Assembly: GCF_963921235.1 (NCBI RefSeq)
Contig: NC_086108.1
Location: 71,922,001-71,986,000 of the forward strand
From: Mobula hypostoma
Lineage: Eukaryota
Direction: 5' to 3'
DNA length: 64,000 bases
Both the position numbers and the translations under genes were made by a program. The stretch's first letter is position 1. Each line of letters starts with the position of its first letter. Positions 1 to 12,020 of the stretch are shown piece after piece. Under the pieces are notes generated by a model. That model saw only the letters and a list, made by a program, of their open reading frames with translations. It did not search any database and was not told the DNA's origin.

Positions 1-255
1 TTTCAACAATAGTCTGCATATTTATTTCTACTACCAAAGTGCATGACCATGCATTTCCAACATTCCAACAATAGGGCAATCCTGCAGTACGATTATTTTT
101 CATTCTTTGTGCCAATAGTAAGTCTTTTTACATGGCATAAACATTTATTGTTAACTGTTTCTGTAAATACTATTTAACAATTGTTTTATTAAAACCCAGC
201 TGCAGTGGAGATGGTTCAGCCAAATTTCTTGAAGGATGAATCAGCTCTGTTTAAT

Positions 256-478
256 ACAAAACACACAAAATGCTGATGGAATGTAAGCTGTTGCCCTTCC
301 ACCCTGATAGTGGCTCCATTGTGGTCTTCCCTCTTCCTTTCTCGTCTTGAAGAAGGTTCTTGGCCTGAAACGTTGAATGTTCATTCATTTGCATGGATGC
401 TGCCTCCTGAACTCCTCCAGCATTTTGTGCGTGTTGCTTTGGATTTTCAGCATCTGCAGAATTTCTTGTGTTTATGAT
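256..478 (+). mobile_element. Penelope-like element terminal fragment with degenerate hammerhead motif
   Basis: TTGAAGA-AGGTTCTTGGCCT-GAAACGTT followed by GATGCTGCC...CTCCTCCAGCATTTTGTG...CAGCATCTGCAG; the same terminus recurs at 6250-6357 and elsewhere in the window. Confidence 0.65.
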
Positions 479-2394
479 TTGCAGCTCATTATAATTCTCA
501 CCTAGGGTTGGGTATTCAGTGATATAATGGAAGGATTATGCTCATTCCGGCTTGCACCTTCTGCTTGCCCCGTGTGGGATTTCCATGGTGACATTAACAA
601 CCTGTAACCACAATGGGTTACACTAAGTCCTTGGCCTGACTGACCGGCTGCCCTGCAAAGCAGAGCAGTTTGCACACAGCAACTAGACCTCAGAAGGAAG
701 ATCTTGTGATCTCACTACAGGATTTCCCTGTTGGCCTTCACATGTCCCTGACGTCCACACTACAACATATGAGCGTGGAAGTCAGCATGGTGCTGAGCTT
801 TGTGAAGAGCAGCCCTTCAAGCAAGCAAAATGTAAGTTTATTTCAGCCTATGGAATAATACTACTACAGTCATCCTGTTCAGTATCTTTCACAAATACTA
901 TCAGCAGCTGTTTAAGAACAGACCACTAGAGATTACTTATTTTTATACTAATTCTTATCTCCTGACTTCAATTAAGAAGGTTCAACGACATTATTTATTT
1001 TCTGTTCCATGAATTTTGATTTCCTCTAACAACAATCACATGAGGAACACTAATAAATGCCTGGTTCATTTAAATTAATTTAATGTTTAACTACAGTATG
1101 AGAATAATTGAAATACACAAAGCTGCATTCATACTTCCCAAAATGTGAACGTCAAAACAGCCTGTTTCATGCTCTAAAAATTAACTAACTATATTCCAAT
1201 GGCATTCAGAATGTTCATTAATATTGAGAAAAATGTTTTTGAAATAACTGTGGTGATCATGATTGAAATGCCAGAATGATAATGATAAAGAAAAACAAAA
1301 GCTTTCCGGAATGGTTGTGGTTAATGGAGGAGCTGGATGATTGCTGCTTTTGGTATCCATTTTTTAATCAGTTTGATTTTGCTGCATTTTATTTTGACAG
1401 AATCATTTAATGTAAGTTGTTGATGCAGTTCTGAAGCTTTGAAAAGTTTTCAGTGTTGTTGCATGCAAATGTTACCCTTTGAGGTCATCAGCTTCATGGC
1501 TTGACATGCCATTCAATCCAATTTTGTGCTCTGCATATTCTGTTCTTCTGCATTTGCAAGGCTTTGCCAGTATATAATGAACAATGAATAGCTTCACAAT
1601 GTAACAAGAGTGTTCACTTCTAAAAGCATCAACCGAATTTTTCATAGTATAGAGTCCGGGAAGTGCAAACATGTCACCTCAAAACTTCATAAAGAATCCT
1701 GATGCAGGGTTTTGTCCCAAAATGTTGATAATTACTATCATCGATGCTGCGTTCCTCCAGAAGGCTGTCTGTTGCTCCATAGTCTCCTGTGACTTCACTT
1801 CTTAAATCTAGTCTATCCCCATAGAATTGTTCCCCATGTGGCATCATGCCCAATCTGGATAAGGTACCTTTCACCCTCTCCTCAAAAGGAATTCATACCT
1901 ACATTCCAAACCCTGAGTACATGTTCAAGCCAACCAAACAAAACAAAAACAAATCACAATGATACAAGTAACAGCATTGAAGAAACTTTCTTGTAATTTC
2001 TCCCCATCTCTGCTCCCCTAACTTGTCATGTTTCTCGTGAGAAAGATTAAAACTTTGCCGAAATGTAGTGTTTGTGTGTTGTCAAAAGGCATTTGATTAA
2101 CAGCCGTGTAAAATACTCATTAGAAATAAATAAAACTATTGGAGTGGATGTAAAGCAGTGGATGTGAAATTGGTTAAGAAGCAGAGACCAGAAGGTAGTA
2201 ATGAACAAACATATAAAAATAAATCAATATTTGAACTAGGAGCAGGAAAAGGTAATTACACCCTTTGGAATTGCTTTTCCATTTTATAAAATCTGAATAT
2301 AATTCTACAATCCTATCCACCAGGTGTGATGTTTCATCCTTTGCTTATAAGGACTCTATATGCATTCAGTAAAAGGGTCAATTACTTTGTACGA

Positions 2395-2621
2395 GTGGGT
2401 ATCTTCTCTTAGGCTGGGTCACAACTAGATGGTGGAAGTTATGGAGGATTATGTGCTGGATGTGGAGGCTTGTGGGGTGGTGGTGAGGATAAGAGAAACC
2501 CTATCACTGGTGGGGTGGCAGGGTAATGGGGTGAGGGCAGACGTGCATGAAATGGAAGAGATGCGGGTGAGGGCAGCGTTGATAGTGGAGGCAGGGATGC
2601 CCCTATCTTTGAAGAAGGAGG
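2395..2621 (-). mobile_element. Penelope-like element ORF fragment (RT C-terminal/linker region)
   Basis: Minus frame reads SSFFKDRGIPASTINAALTRISS...DRVSLILTT, resembling the PLE 'F..RGYP..I...RIPLVLTYHP' region. Confidence 0.55.
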
Positions 2622-3110
2622 ACATAGAACATAAAACATAGAAATCTACAGCACATTACAGACCCTTCAGCCCACAAGGTTGTGCCAAACATGTAACTAC
2701 TCTATAAACTGCCTAGAATACCCTGCTGCAGAGGCCTCTATTCTTCTAGGCTCCGTGTACCTATCTAAGAATCTCTTCGAAGATCCTATTGTATCCCCCT
2801 CCACCACCGCTGCCGGTAGCCCATTCCATGCCCACCACTCCCTTTGTGAAAAACTTACTCCTGACATCCTCTCTGTACCTACTTACAAGCACCTTAAATC
2901 TATGCCTCCTCATATTGGCCATTTCAGCCCCGGGGAAAGGCCTCTGGCTATCTATGCAATCAATACCTCTCATCATCTTATACACCTCTGTCGGGTTACC
3001 TCTCATTCTCCGTCACTCCAAGGAGAAAAAGCCAAGTTCACTCAACCTATTCTCATAAGGCATGCTCCCCAATCCAGGCAACATCCTTGTTAAATACCCT
3101 CTGCATCTCC
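2622..3110 (-). mobile_element. CR1 LINE 3' end, 5'-truncated
   Basis: ORF 2761..3006 matches the CR1 ORF2 C-terminus (MRG..EVYKMMRGID); short-repeat tail (CATAGAA)n on + strand. Confidence 0.85.
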
Positions 3111-3149
3111 TTATTTCTGGAACAGCTTGGTTAGAGGAACAACTAATTC

Positions 3150-4250
3150 TGGGTGCAGGTCATCAGTACTATCATTTTAAGATATTAGTTTAGTCTCTGT
3201 TATTCCTAGAAATTAAGTGCAATGAATTGAATAGCCAGGATTAGGTTCTATGATTGTGGAGATCTCTAGAGGAAGCTGAGATGAATCATGAATTCTGCAG
3301 TAATGGCTGAATGGGGATGTAAACATTTCAGCTTTCAAACTATTCCTTTGTTTCCTCCTTATATCCACTTCAGAACTAACTTTTCTACTCATTATTTTTA
3401 TCATCAGTAAATTAGCAGCCTTATTTCAATGCCTTCATCTTTCAGTTATATAAATTGTAAAGCATTTGAGGCCCCAGAACTGATGCCTGTGACACGCCAC
3501 TCACTAAATCGTGCCAAAGAGTAAAAGACCCATTGATTCCTGCTCTATTTCCTGCTAGCCAGCCAGTCTTCAGATGATCTTCTATGCATGCCAACTTGTC
3601 ACCTCCTGCACTGTTTTCTTTTATTTTCCACAATTATCTTTGGCATGGCACCTTGTAAATGCTGACATAAGAGACTGCAGATACTGGAATCAAATGCAAC
3701 ATACAATGTGTTCAAAGAACTCAGCAGGTCAGACTGACCTCCTGAGTTCCTCCAGGGCTTTGTGTGTTGCACCTTACAAATGCATTCTGGAACCCCAAGT
3801 GTAATAATCCATCAGAAACCTTTTTCCACAGCATGAAGAACTCCAATAAATTAGTAAAAGATGATTGCTCTTTTGCAAAATCACGTTGCCTTTGCCTGAT
3901 TACCTCAAGTTTTCTAAGTGCCATGTTATAAAATTTTCAACGATTGCTTCTAATCTATTTCAATCCAATGGTATTTGTTTTTGAATCTGAGAAGTTTTGA
4001 AATAATAATAACAATGATTAACTACATCTTTAGACCCTTCTAGCGCAATGCTCTTTGGAACCCAGACTTAGCTCCAACAACTTGTTTTTGTTACTACTAT
4101 CCGAGTAATTTTAATTTTCTTTCCCTTTTATTCCCCTATTTACAAATATTTCTGGAATTTTTTTTATATCATTAATAGTGAAGACTGCTCCAAGGGACCT
4201 GACTAATGCATTTTTATTCTCCTTATTTTCTATAATTGAATAATTAGTGA
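3150..4250 (-). mobile_element. Old, highly decayed CR1 ORF2 remnant
   Basis: ORFs 3442..3633 (GINGSF..W..LVSGVSQASVLGP) and 3721..3924 (SSFTNLLEFF..HLGFQNAF) are RT motifs. Confidence 0.6.
3663..3768. mobile_element. Miniature palindromic PLE-terminus insertion
   Basis: Inverted arms GCAACATACAA..GAACTCAGCAGGTCAG / CTGACCTCCTGAGTTC..TTGTGTGTTGC, flanked by GCACCTTGTAAATGC (3648-3662) and GCACCTTACAAATGC (3769-3783). Confidence 0.6.
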
Positions 4251-4267
4251 TCTACAATTGAAATTGA

Positions 4268-4851
4268 ATTACGAGCAGAGAGGTAATGTTGCAGCTATAT
4301 AGGACCCTGGTCAGACCCCACTTGGAGTACTGTGCTCAGTCTGGTCGCCTCACTACAGGAAGGATGTGGGAGCCATAGAGAGGGTGCAGAGGAGATTTGT
4401 AAGGACGTTGCCTGGATTGGGGAGCATGCCTTATGAAAACAGGTTGAGTGAACTCAGTTTTTTCTCCTTGGAGCGATGGAGGATGAGAGGTGACCTGATA
4501 GAGGTGTATAAGATGATGAGAAGCATTGATCATGTGGATAGTCAGAGGCCTTTCCCCAGGGCTGAAATGGTTGCCACAAGAGGACACAGGTTTCAGGTGC
4601 TGGGGAGTAGGCACAGAGGAGATGTCAGGGGTAAGTTTTTTACGCAGAGAATGGTGAATGCGTGGAATGGGCTGCCGGCAACGGTGATGGGGGCATATAC
4701 AATAGGGTCTTTTAAGAGACTTTTGGATAGTTACATGGAGCTTAGAAAAATAGAGGGCTATGGGTAAGCCTAGTAATTTCTAAGGTAGGGACATGTTCAG
4801 CACAACTTTGTGGGCTGAAGAGCCTGTATTGTGCTGTAGAGTTTCTATGTT
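4268..4851 (+). mobile_element. CR1 LINE 3' end, 5'-truncated
   Basis: ORF 4366..4767 (ERVQRRF..RMRGDLIEVYK..FFTQR..NAWNGLP); tail GGGCTGAAGAGCCTG..TTTCTATGT. Confidence 0.9.
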
Positions 4852-4859
4852 TTTTTTAA

Positions 4860-5190
4860 AGATCATCTTTTTTGTGTCACATGTACATCAAAATATTGAA
4901 ACATTTAGTAAAATGCATCATTTTGGGTCAACGACCAAGCTGTGCAAGATTGTGCTAAGGGCAACTTGACAGGGTCGCCACACTTCCGGCACAAATGTAA
5001 CATGATCACAACTCATTAACCCTAGTCCTAACTACATGTCTTTGGAATATTGGAGGAAACCCACACAATCACAGGGGAGGGAGTGAGAAAGTACAAACCC
5101 CTTACTGTCAGCGATCAGATTAAAACCCCAATCGGTGACTGCTGGCTCGGTAAGGTGGTTTTGCTAACTGCTATGTTCCTGTATCGCTAA
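4860..5190 (-). mobile_element. SINE, probably V-SINE/HE1-like
   Basis: GTCTTTGGA..TGGAGGAAACCCACAC..TCACAGGG core, reverse-complementary to the core at 18895-18955. Confidence 0.5.
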
Positions 5191-5323
5191 TTATTAGTTC
5201 CTCAACACTACTATGTATGGGCCCACTTTGTCTTCTCTTTGCTTTTTAATTATTTACAAAAACTCAATATCTTTTCACATTTCTGGCTGGCTTTATCTTG
5301 TAATAAGATATTGATCTTTTAGT

Positions 5324-6357
5324 AACAAACACAAGAGATTTTGCAAATGCTGGAATTCCAAAGTAGCACATACAAAATGCTGGAGGAACTCAGCAGGCCA
5401 GGCAACATCTATGGAAGGGAATAAACAGTTGACATTTTGGGCTGAGACCTTTTATCAGGACTGGAAAGGAGTGGGGAAGAAGCCAGAATAAGAAGGTGGG
5501 GGTGAGGGGAGAAAGGAGAAGGCGTACAAGCTAGAAGATGGAGCCAGACGGGTGGGGGAGCGAGGGTGAAGTGAGAGGCTGGGAGGTGATAGGTGGGAAA
5601 GATAAAAGGCTGAAATAGAATGAATTTGATCGGAGAGGAGAGTCGACCATGGGAGAAGGGGAAGGAGGAGGGGCACCATGAGGAGGTTTTATAGTTAGGT
5701 GAGGAGAAGAAAAGGGATAAGAGGGGAGCCAGAGTGGGGAATGGAGAAGAAGGAAGGGGGAGGGGAGAATTACAGGAAGTTAGTAAAATTGATGTTCATG
5801 TCATCAGGCTGTAGGTTATCTAGATGGAATATGAGGCATTGCTCTTCCAACCAGAGAGTGGCCTCATCGTGGCAGTTGAAGAATGGACATATTGGTTCGT
5901 AGGTTCCTCTAGTGCCATGATGAAGCCACTTTCGTGAACATCAACTTCTTTAACTTCTGGTAATTTGTTCTTCTCCCTCTTCCCTCTTCGTCCATTCCCC
6001 ACTCTGGGTCCCCTCTTAACTCTGCTTTTCTTGTCACTGGCCTATCACCTCCCCCTGGTGCCCCTCCTCCTTCCCTTTCTCCCATGATCCACCCTCCTCT
6101 CCTATCAGATTCCTTCTTCTTCTCCAGTCTTTACTTTTTCCACCGATCAACTTCCCTGCTTCTCATTCCCCCTCCATCACCTACCTGGCTTCACCTATCA
6201 CCTGGCTTGTACTCCTTCCCCTACCCTCACCTAATTATTCTTCCGTCTTCCTTTCCAGTCCTGATGAAGGATCTCAGCCTGAAACATCGACTGTTTATTC
6301 ATTTCCATTGATGCTGCTGGACCTACTGAATTCCTCCAGCATTGTGTGTGTTACTCT
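5324..6357. mobile_element. Two PLE 3' ends in inverted orientation (~1 kb quasi-palindrome)
   Basis: Left arm 5324-~5890 and right arm ~5900-6357 are reverse complements; left arm minus frame reads LEEQCLIFHLDNLQPDDMNINF (GIY-YIG endonuclease C-terminus). Confidence 0.8.
6256..6293 (+). ncRNA. Minimal type I hammerhead ribozyme motif (PLE-associated), one stem III substitution
   Basis: CAGTC-CTGATGA-AGG(ATCTCAG)CCT-GAAA-CA-TC-GACTG: stem I CAGTC/GACTG, CUGAUGA and GAAA core, UC cleavage site. Confidence 0.65.
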
Positions 6358-6419
6358 TGATCTTTAAGTCATTCTTCTCTGTTTTTAATATTTAGGCCTG
6401 TCATTTATCTTTATACACA

Positions 6420-6804
6420 CAGTTGGAGCTCAAATACCCGGGGTCTTCTCTCTTCACCCTGCGATCCACTCTGACCCCCTTGACTTGCCGCTTGGGACCA
6501 CCCAAGGGTGATGGACCAGAGCGCTTCCAGCACGTCCGTCTTCTCCCGGGTCTCTCCTAAAAAGCCCGCCAAACACACCGGTTCCCAGCCATATGAGACA
6601 GAATATCACCCCCAAAAAAAAGAATAACATGGACACCCATTGGTTCATTCCCTCCTTATCATTAGTGATAACCCAAACAAGCTGCTAGAAAAAGAATCAC
6701 TGTCTCAGCGGTTAACATCACAGAGAAACCATTTTAATTATAACATAACAAAGAAGCCATTTTGATTAACATACGCAGCAACATAAAAGAAGAAACCCCT
6801 TACA
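6420..6804. mobile_element. Partial LTR (probably Gypsy-type)
   Basis: CpG-rich segment ending ...AAACCCCTTACA, embedded in an old CR1 remnant; other terminus missing. Confidence 0.35.
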
Positions 6805-7079
6805 CATTAATATGCTTTTACCTTAAGTTTGATTCCATTGTAAACATTTTAGATAGCCATAGATGTTGCATCCTCCCTTTGGAACTCTGCATATTATGTA
6901 AGATCTTCGAAAATATTTGCCTCTGCATTTTGATTAACCTAATTAGCAGTTCACATTAGCTAATTCTTGTTGTTCTTTAAGTTTAAAACATTAGTCTTTA
7001 CTGTATTTTTACTACCTCAGATTGAATGTAAAATTCAGTCACATTATGGTTGCTGCTATAGTGGGGCCCCTTCGTGAGA

Positions 7080-7984
7080 TAAGACCATAAGACCGCAAGA
7101 TATAGAAACAGAATTCGAACATATGGGCCATTGAGTCTGCTCTGCCATTTCATCATGGCTGATCCATTTCCTCTCTCAGTCCCGATCTCCTGACTTCACT
7201 CCATATCCCTTCATTCCCTGACAAATCAAGAACCTAATCAAACTCTGCCTTAAATACCCCCTATGACTTGGTCTCCACAGCCACCTGTGGTAACAAATTC
7301 CACAGATTCACCACTCTCTGGCTAAAGAAATTCCTCCTCATCTCCATTCTACAAGGATGCCCCTCTATTCTGAGACTGTGTTCTCTGGTCTTAGACACCC
7401 CTACCAGAGGAAACATTCTCTCCACTTCTACTCTTTTGAGGCCTTTCAACATTCAATAAGTTTCAATGAAGTTAGTCACTCATTCTTCAGAATTCCAGTG
7501 AGTACAGGCTAAGAGCCATCAAATGCTTCTCATCTGAAGAGTCTTTTCATCCTGGAATCATTTTTGTGAACCTCCTTTGACCCTCTCCAATGTCAGCACA
7601 TCCTTCCTGAGATAAGGGCCCAAAACTTCTCATAATACTCCAAGTGAGGCCTCACCAGTGCTTTATAAAACTTCAACATTACATCCTTGCTTTTATATAT
7701 TTAGTCCTCTTGAAATGCGTGCTAACATTGCATTTGCCTTCCTCACCACCCAGTCAATCTGCAAATTAATCTTTAGGGAACTGCATGAGGACTCCATAGT
7801 CTCTTTGCATCTCAGGTTTTTGGATTTTCTCTCCTTTTGGAAAATCGTCTGTTCTTTCATTTCTTCTACCAATGTGCATGACCATACACTTCCTGATACT
7901 GTATTTGATTTGCCATTCTTTGCCCATTCTCCTAATCTGTCTAAGTCATTCTTTAGCCTTTCTAATTACTCAAGACTACCTGCC
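7080..7984 (-). mobile_element. CR1 LINE 3' part
   Basis: Tail (ATAAGACC)n on +; ORF 7261..7452 matches the CR1 ORF2 C-terminus. Confidence 0.85.
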
Positions 7985-9200
7985 AAATTTATAGATGGCA
8001 TTTGTGCTATACCTAGCATAACAGTCATGGGTGTGGAGAGTAGAGCAGTGAGCTGAACATATATTCCTGCAGTGCACCAGTGTTAATTGTCAGTGAGATG
8101 GCGATGTTATTTCCAATCTGCACAGACTGTGGTCTTCCAGTTAGGAAATCGAGGATTCAGTTGCAGAGGAATGTACAGAGGTCTCGATTCTTCAGCTTTT
8201 CGATCAGGACTGTAGGAATGATGGTGTTAAATGCTGAGCTGCAGTTGATAAACAGCATCCTGACATAGGTAGTTGCATCATCCAGGTGATCGAAGGAAGT
8301 GTGGAGAGCCTTTCAGATTGCATCTACTGTAGACCTATTCTGGCGAAAGGCAAATTGCAGGTCCTTCGTTGAGGCAGGCATCGATTCTAGCCATGACCAA
8401 CCTCTCAAAGCATCTCATCGCTGTAAATGTGAGTGCTACTGGATGATATTGAGGCAGATCACACTGCTCTTCTTGGGCACTGGTATAACTGTTGCCAGTT
8501 TTGAAGCAGGTAGGAACTTCCAACTACAGCAGTGGGAGATTAAAAATGTCTTTGAATACCCCTGCCAGTTGGTTGGCACAGGTTATCAGAGCCTTGCCAG
8601 GTACTTTATTGGGCCCTGCTGCCTTGCAGGGGTTCACCCTCTTGAAAGACAGCCTGACGTCAGTCTTTAAGACAGAAATCACAGGGTCACTGGACGTTGC
8701 AGGGATCCTCATAGCTGTGGTTTTATTCTGCTTTTCAAAGTGAATATAAAAGGCATCGAGCTCAACTGGTAGTGAAGTATTGCTACCATTCATGATGTTG
8801 GGTTTTGCTTTGTAGGAAATAATGGCTTGCCAACCCTATCAGAGTTGACATGCATCCGATATCATCTCTAACTTCTGAATTGTTTCTTGGTTCTGGAAGT
8901 AGTCCTCAATAAGTCATACCTGGTTTTCTCATATAGACCTGGATTTCCAGACTTAAATGCCACAGATCCAGCCCTCAGCAGATTGCGAACCTCCTGGTTC
9001 ATCCACGGCTTTTGGTTTGGGAATGTATGGTAAGTTTTTGTAGACACACACTCATCCACACAAGTTAGTGACAACTGTGGCATACTCATCCAGGTTTGAA
9101 GATGGCTCCCTGAGCACAGTCCAGTCCACCAATTCAAAGCAGTCCTGTAAGTGCTCCTGTACCTCTCTGGTTTATACCTTCTTGGCCTTCATGACTGGAA
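7985..9200 (-). mobile_element. Rex1/Babar (L2-group) LINE RT fragment inside a CR1
   Basis: ORFs 8335..8523, 8524..8793, 8868..9137: NQKPWMN, KRVNPCKAAGP, CANQLAGVFKDIFNL, YHPVALT..MRCFERLV. Confidence 0.75.
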
Positions 9201-9745
9201 CATGACTAGTCACTGACAGCCAATCAGAAAAAACTCCCTTTATTCCCACTCTTTGCCTCCTGCCAGTCAGCTAATGCTCTTTCCATGCTACCATCTTTCC
9301 TGTATATCAATGGGTTCTTATCTTGTTCAGCAGCCTCATGTATGGCACCTTGTCAAAGACCTGAAAATCCAGATACGCAACATCCACTGACTCTCCTTTG
9401 TCTATTCTGTGTGTTATTTCTTCAAAGAATTCCAACAGATTTGCCAGGCAGGATTTTCCCTGAAGGAAATCATGCTGACTACAGCCTATTTTATCATGTG
9501 CCTTCAAGTACCGCTAAAAACCACATCCTTAACAATCAGCTCCATCATCTTCCCAACCACAGAGGTCAGACTAACTGGCCTGTAATTTCTATTTTTCTGC
9601 CTCTCTCCCTTCTTGGACTGACATTTGCAAATTTTCCATTCCTCCGGAACCATGCCAGAATCAATTGATTCTTGAAAGATCATTACTACAGTCCACAATC
9701 TCTTCAGCCACTTCATTTAGAACCCCTGGGGTGCAGTCCAGATGG
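9201..9745 (-). mobile_element. CR1 ORF2 RT fragment (upstream part of the 7080-7984 element)
   Basis: NYRPVSLTSVVGK; QHDFLQGKSCLANLLEFFEE; YLDFQVFDKVP. Confidence 0.8.
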
Positions 9746-9909
9746 ACATTAATTGATCTTATTTCTTTGAATGATCTGCATGCACTGTAGTTGTGTTTCA
9801 GACATATGTCAAAATGTTAGTTTTCAGGCCATGCCACTCTGGCACTTGTGCTAATGTTATTTTGTGACTGTGTATGCTGGATTATGGCTATATATATTGT
9901 GTGTGACTA

Positions 9910-10420
9910 TACACTCATTACAGCTTTATTAGGTATTCTTGTATACCTGCTCATTAATGCAAATATTTAATCAGCCAATCATTTACTGGCAACTCAATGC
10001 AGGCATGGTCAGGAGTTTCAGTTGTTGTTCACACCAAGCATAAGAATGGGGAAGAAATGTGACCTTATTGACTTTGACCATGGAATGATTGTCGGTGCCA
10101 GATGGGGTGGTTTGAGGATCTCAGAAACTGCTGATGTCCTGGGATCTTCATGCATATCTCTGAAGTTTACAGAGAATAGTCCAATAACAAAAAAAAATCT
10201 AGTGAGGAGCAGTACTGTGGGCAAGAATGCCTTGTTAATGAGAGCGGTCAGAGGAGAATGGCCAGGTTGTTTCAAGCTGACAGGAAGGTGACAGGTTCAT
10301 CAAGCAACCAAACATTACAACAGTGGTGTGCAGAAGAGCATCTCTGATTGCACAACACATCGAATCATGAAGTGGATGGGCTACAGCAGTAGAAGACCAT
10401 GAACATACACTCAATGTATA
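9910..10420 (+). mobile_element. Internally deleted Tc1-family transposon
   Basis: Starts TA-CACTCA..CTTTATTAGGTA; MGKKCDLIDFDHGMIVGARWGGLRISETADVLG is a paired-like HTH; sister copy at 26945-27466. Confidence 0.75.
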
Positions 10421-10869
10421 AATGGCAGATGAAATGTAATATCGAGAAGTTTTAAGGGATTCATTTTGGTAGTAGCAACGAACAGAACTAGTATAAAGCA
10501 CCCCTTAATCTTTAAAGGAAGTCAAATGACAGGGGAACCTGAAGGTGTGAATCTTCCTGTAAGGGGGAGCGCGCTCGATTGCAGCGGCCTCTCTGGGTCT
10601 GAAGAAAAAGTGTAATTGTCTGTCCTTTATGTCTTTTTTTACTATTGCAAGTCACTGCTGGATATTCAGAACATCAAGTACTGCAGGTCTATCCATCAAC
10701 AAGTTGCTCAGTCGAGGAGGAGCTGGACTTTACGGTCTACTACAGTCACCCAATGAGGAAGCCATCAGAGGCGATGCATGGAGGTGGAGTGCGGTCTGGC
10801 AAACAGTACAAGAGGTTGTCTTGGAAGTTTTTCTGGTGATCGCAGGACCCTGTTGGATATTCTGTCATT

Positions 10870-11225
10870 ATGTGTTGTGTCGTATGATGTAAACCATCAT
10901 GGTCCCATGACCATGATTGTTCTTGGCAAATTTTTCTTCCAGAAGTGGTTTGGCATAATCTTCTTCTGGGCAGTGTCTTTATAAGATGGGTGACCCCTGC
11001 CATTATCAATACTACTTCAGAGATTGTCTGTCTGGCATCAGTGGTTGCATAACCAGGACTTGTGATATGCACCACCCGTTCATACGACCAACCACCACCT
11101 GCTCCATTGGCTTCTCGTGACCCTGACTGGGGACTAAGCAGGGGGTGCAACTTACCCAAGGCTGACCTGCAGTTTAGCCAAGGGAAGGAGTACTTTACAC
11201 CTTATTTGGTAGAGATGCATCTACA
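10870..11225 (-). mobile_element. RTE-related SINE/LINE segment
   Basis: Minus strand GAAGAAG..GCCAAACCACTTCTGG..AAAATTTGCCAAGAA resembles the conserved RTE/BovB-type motif. Confidence 0.45.
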
Positions 11226-11229
11226 TAGG

Positions 11230-11720
11230 TATTAACAATGTAGAATACTGCACGTTCAGTTCACTGGTTCATTGGTGAGACCAATGGTGGGGAGCTGTGT
11301 GGCCTTGGTTGTTGTATGAACCAGGCCCTCTTACAGTGGGATCACCTGTTGCAGCTGCCCAGGAGAAGAGACTCTGGAGACGGTGTGGCGCGGCTGGGTT
11401 GGCAGCTGGCCACTCCCATCAGCGCTGCCCTCCAAAGATCACTTGGTGGAAGACAAGCTGGATTGCATTCATCTGTGGCTGCACTAGCACATGATGAAGA
11501 ACTGCTATGTACTTGTTCTTGCAGAAACATGGCTCCAGGACAACATCCCATGCACCATCAAGCTATTATTATTGTTTTTTGTGACTATATTTTACTGCTG
11601 TATGTGCCTTGTGCTGTGTGTGACTGTTGGTATTGTGTTTTGTACCTTGACCCCGGAGGACCCCTGTTTCATTTGGCTGTATTCATGTGTAACATTGAAT
11701 GATAATTAAAGTTGAATTTA
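11230..11720 (+). mobile_element. Non-autonomous Rex1/L2-type LINE derivative
   Basis: Short APE start (CYVLVLAETWLQDNIP) joined directly to a 3' UTR ending GATAATTAAAGTTGAATT. Confidence 0.45.
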
Positions 11721-11858
11721 AGCATAAGATTGTAGAAAACTTACAACACATATGAAGGCTATTTGGCCCATCATGCTCATCCCAGGTGTCAAGCAGCTGT
11801 GCAGTCTGTATCACTGCAGGTCATGGCTCTTCAAGTACACACCAAGTACCTTGGTACA

Positions 11859-12020
11859 TGTTATCTTCTGTAACTTCAAAACATTGAACTAATTCAAAGG
11901 AAGTCATGTGGGTCTAACATTGAGTTCACTTTTAGCAAGGTGCATGATGACGTATGTAATTCACATATAGACCTAACAAATTGTTTAAGTAAATATTAAA
12001 TACACAACACTCCTCCCTGC
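11859..12020 (-). mobile_element. Short LTR with adjacent polypurine tract (LTR-retrotransposon remnant)
   Basis: TGTT...AACA termini (11859-12009) followed by CTCCTCCCTGC (GCAGGGAGGAG on -). Confidence 0.4.

Noticed and set aside
502..652. Minus-strand coding exon (TTTGCAG...GTGAG)
   Set aside because: All three frames contain a stop
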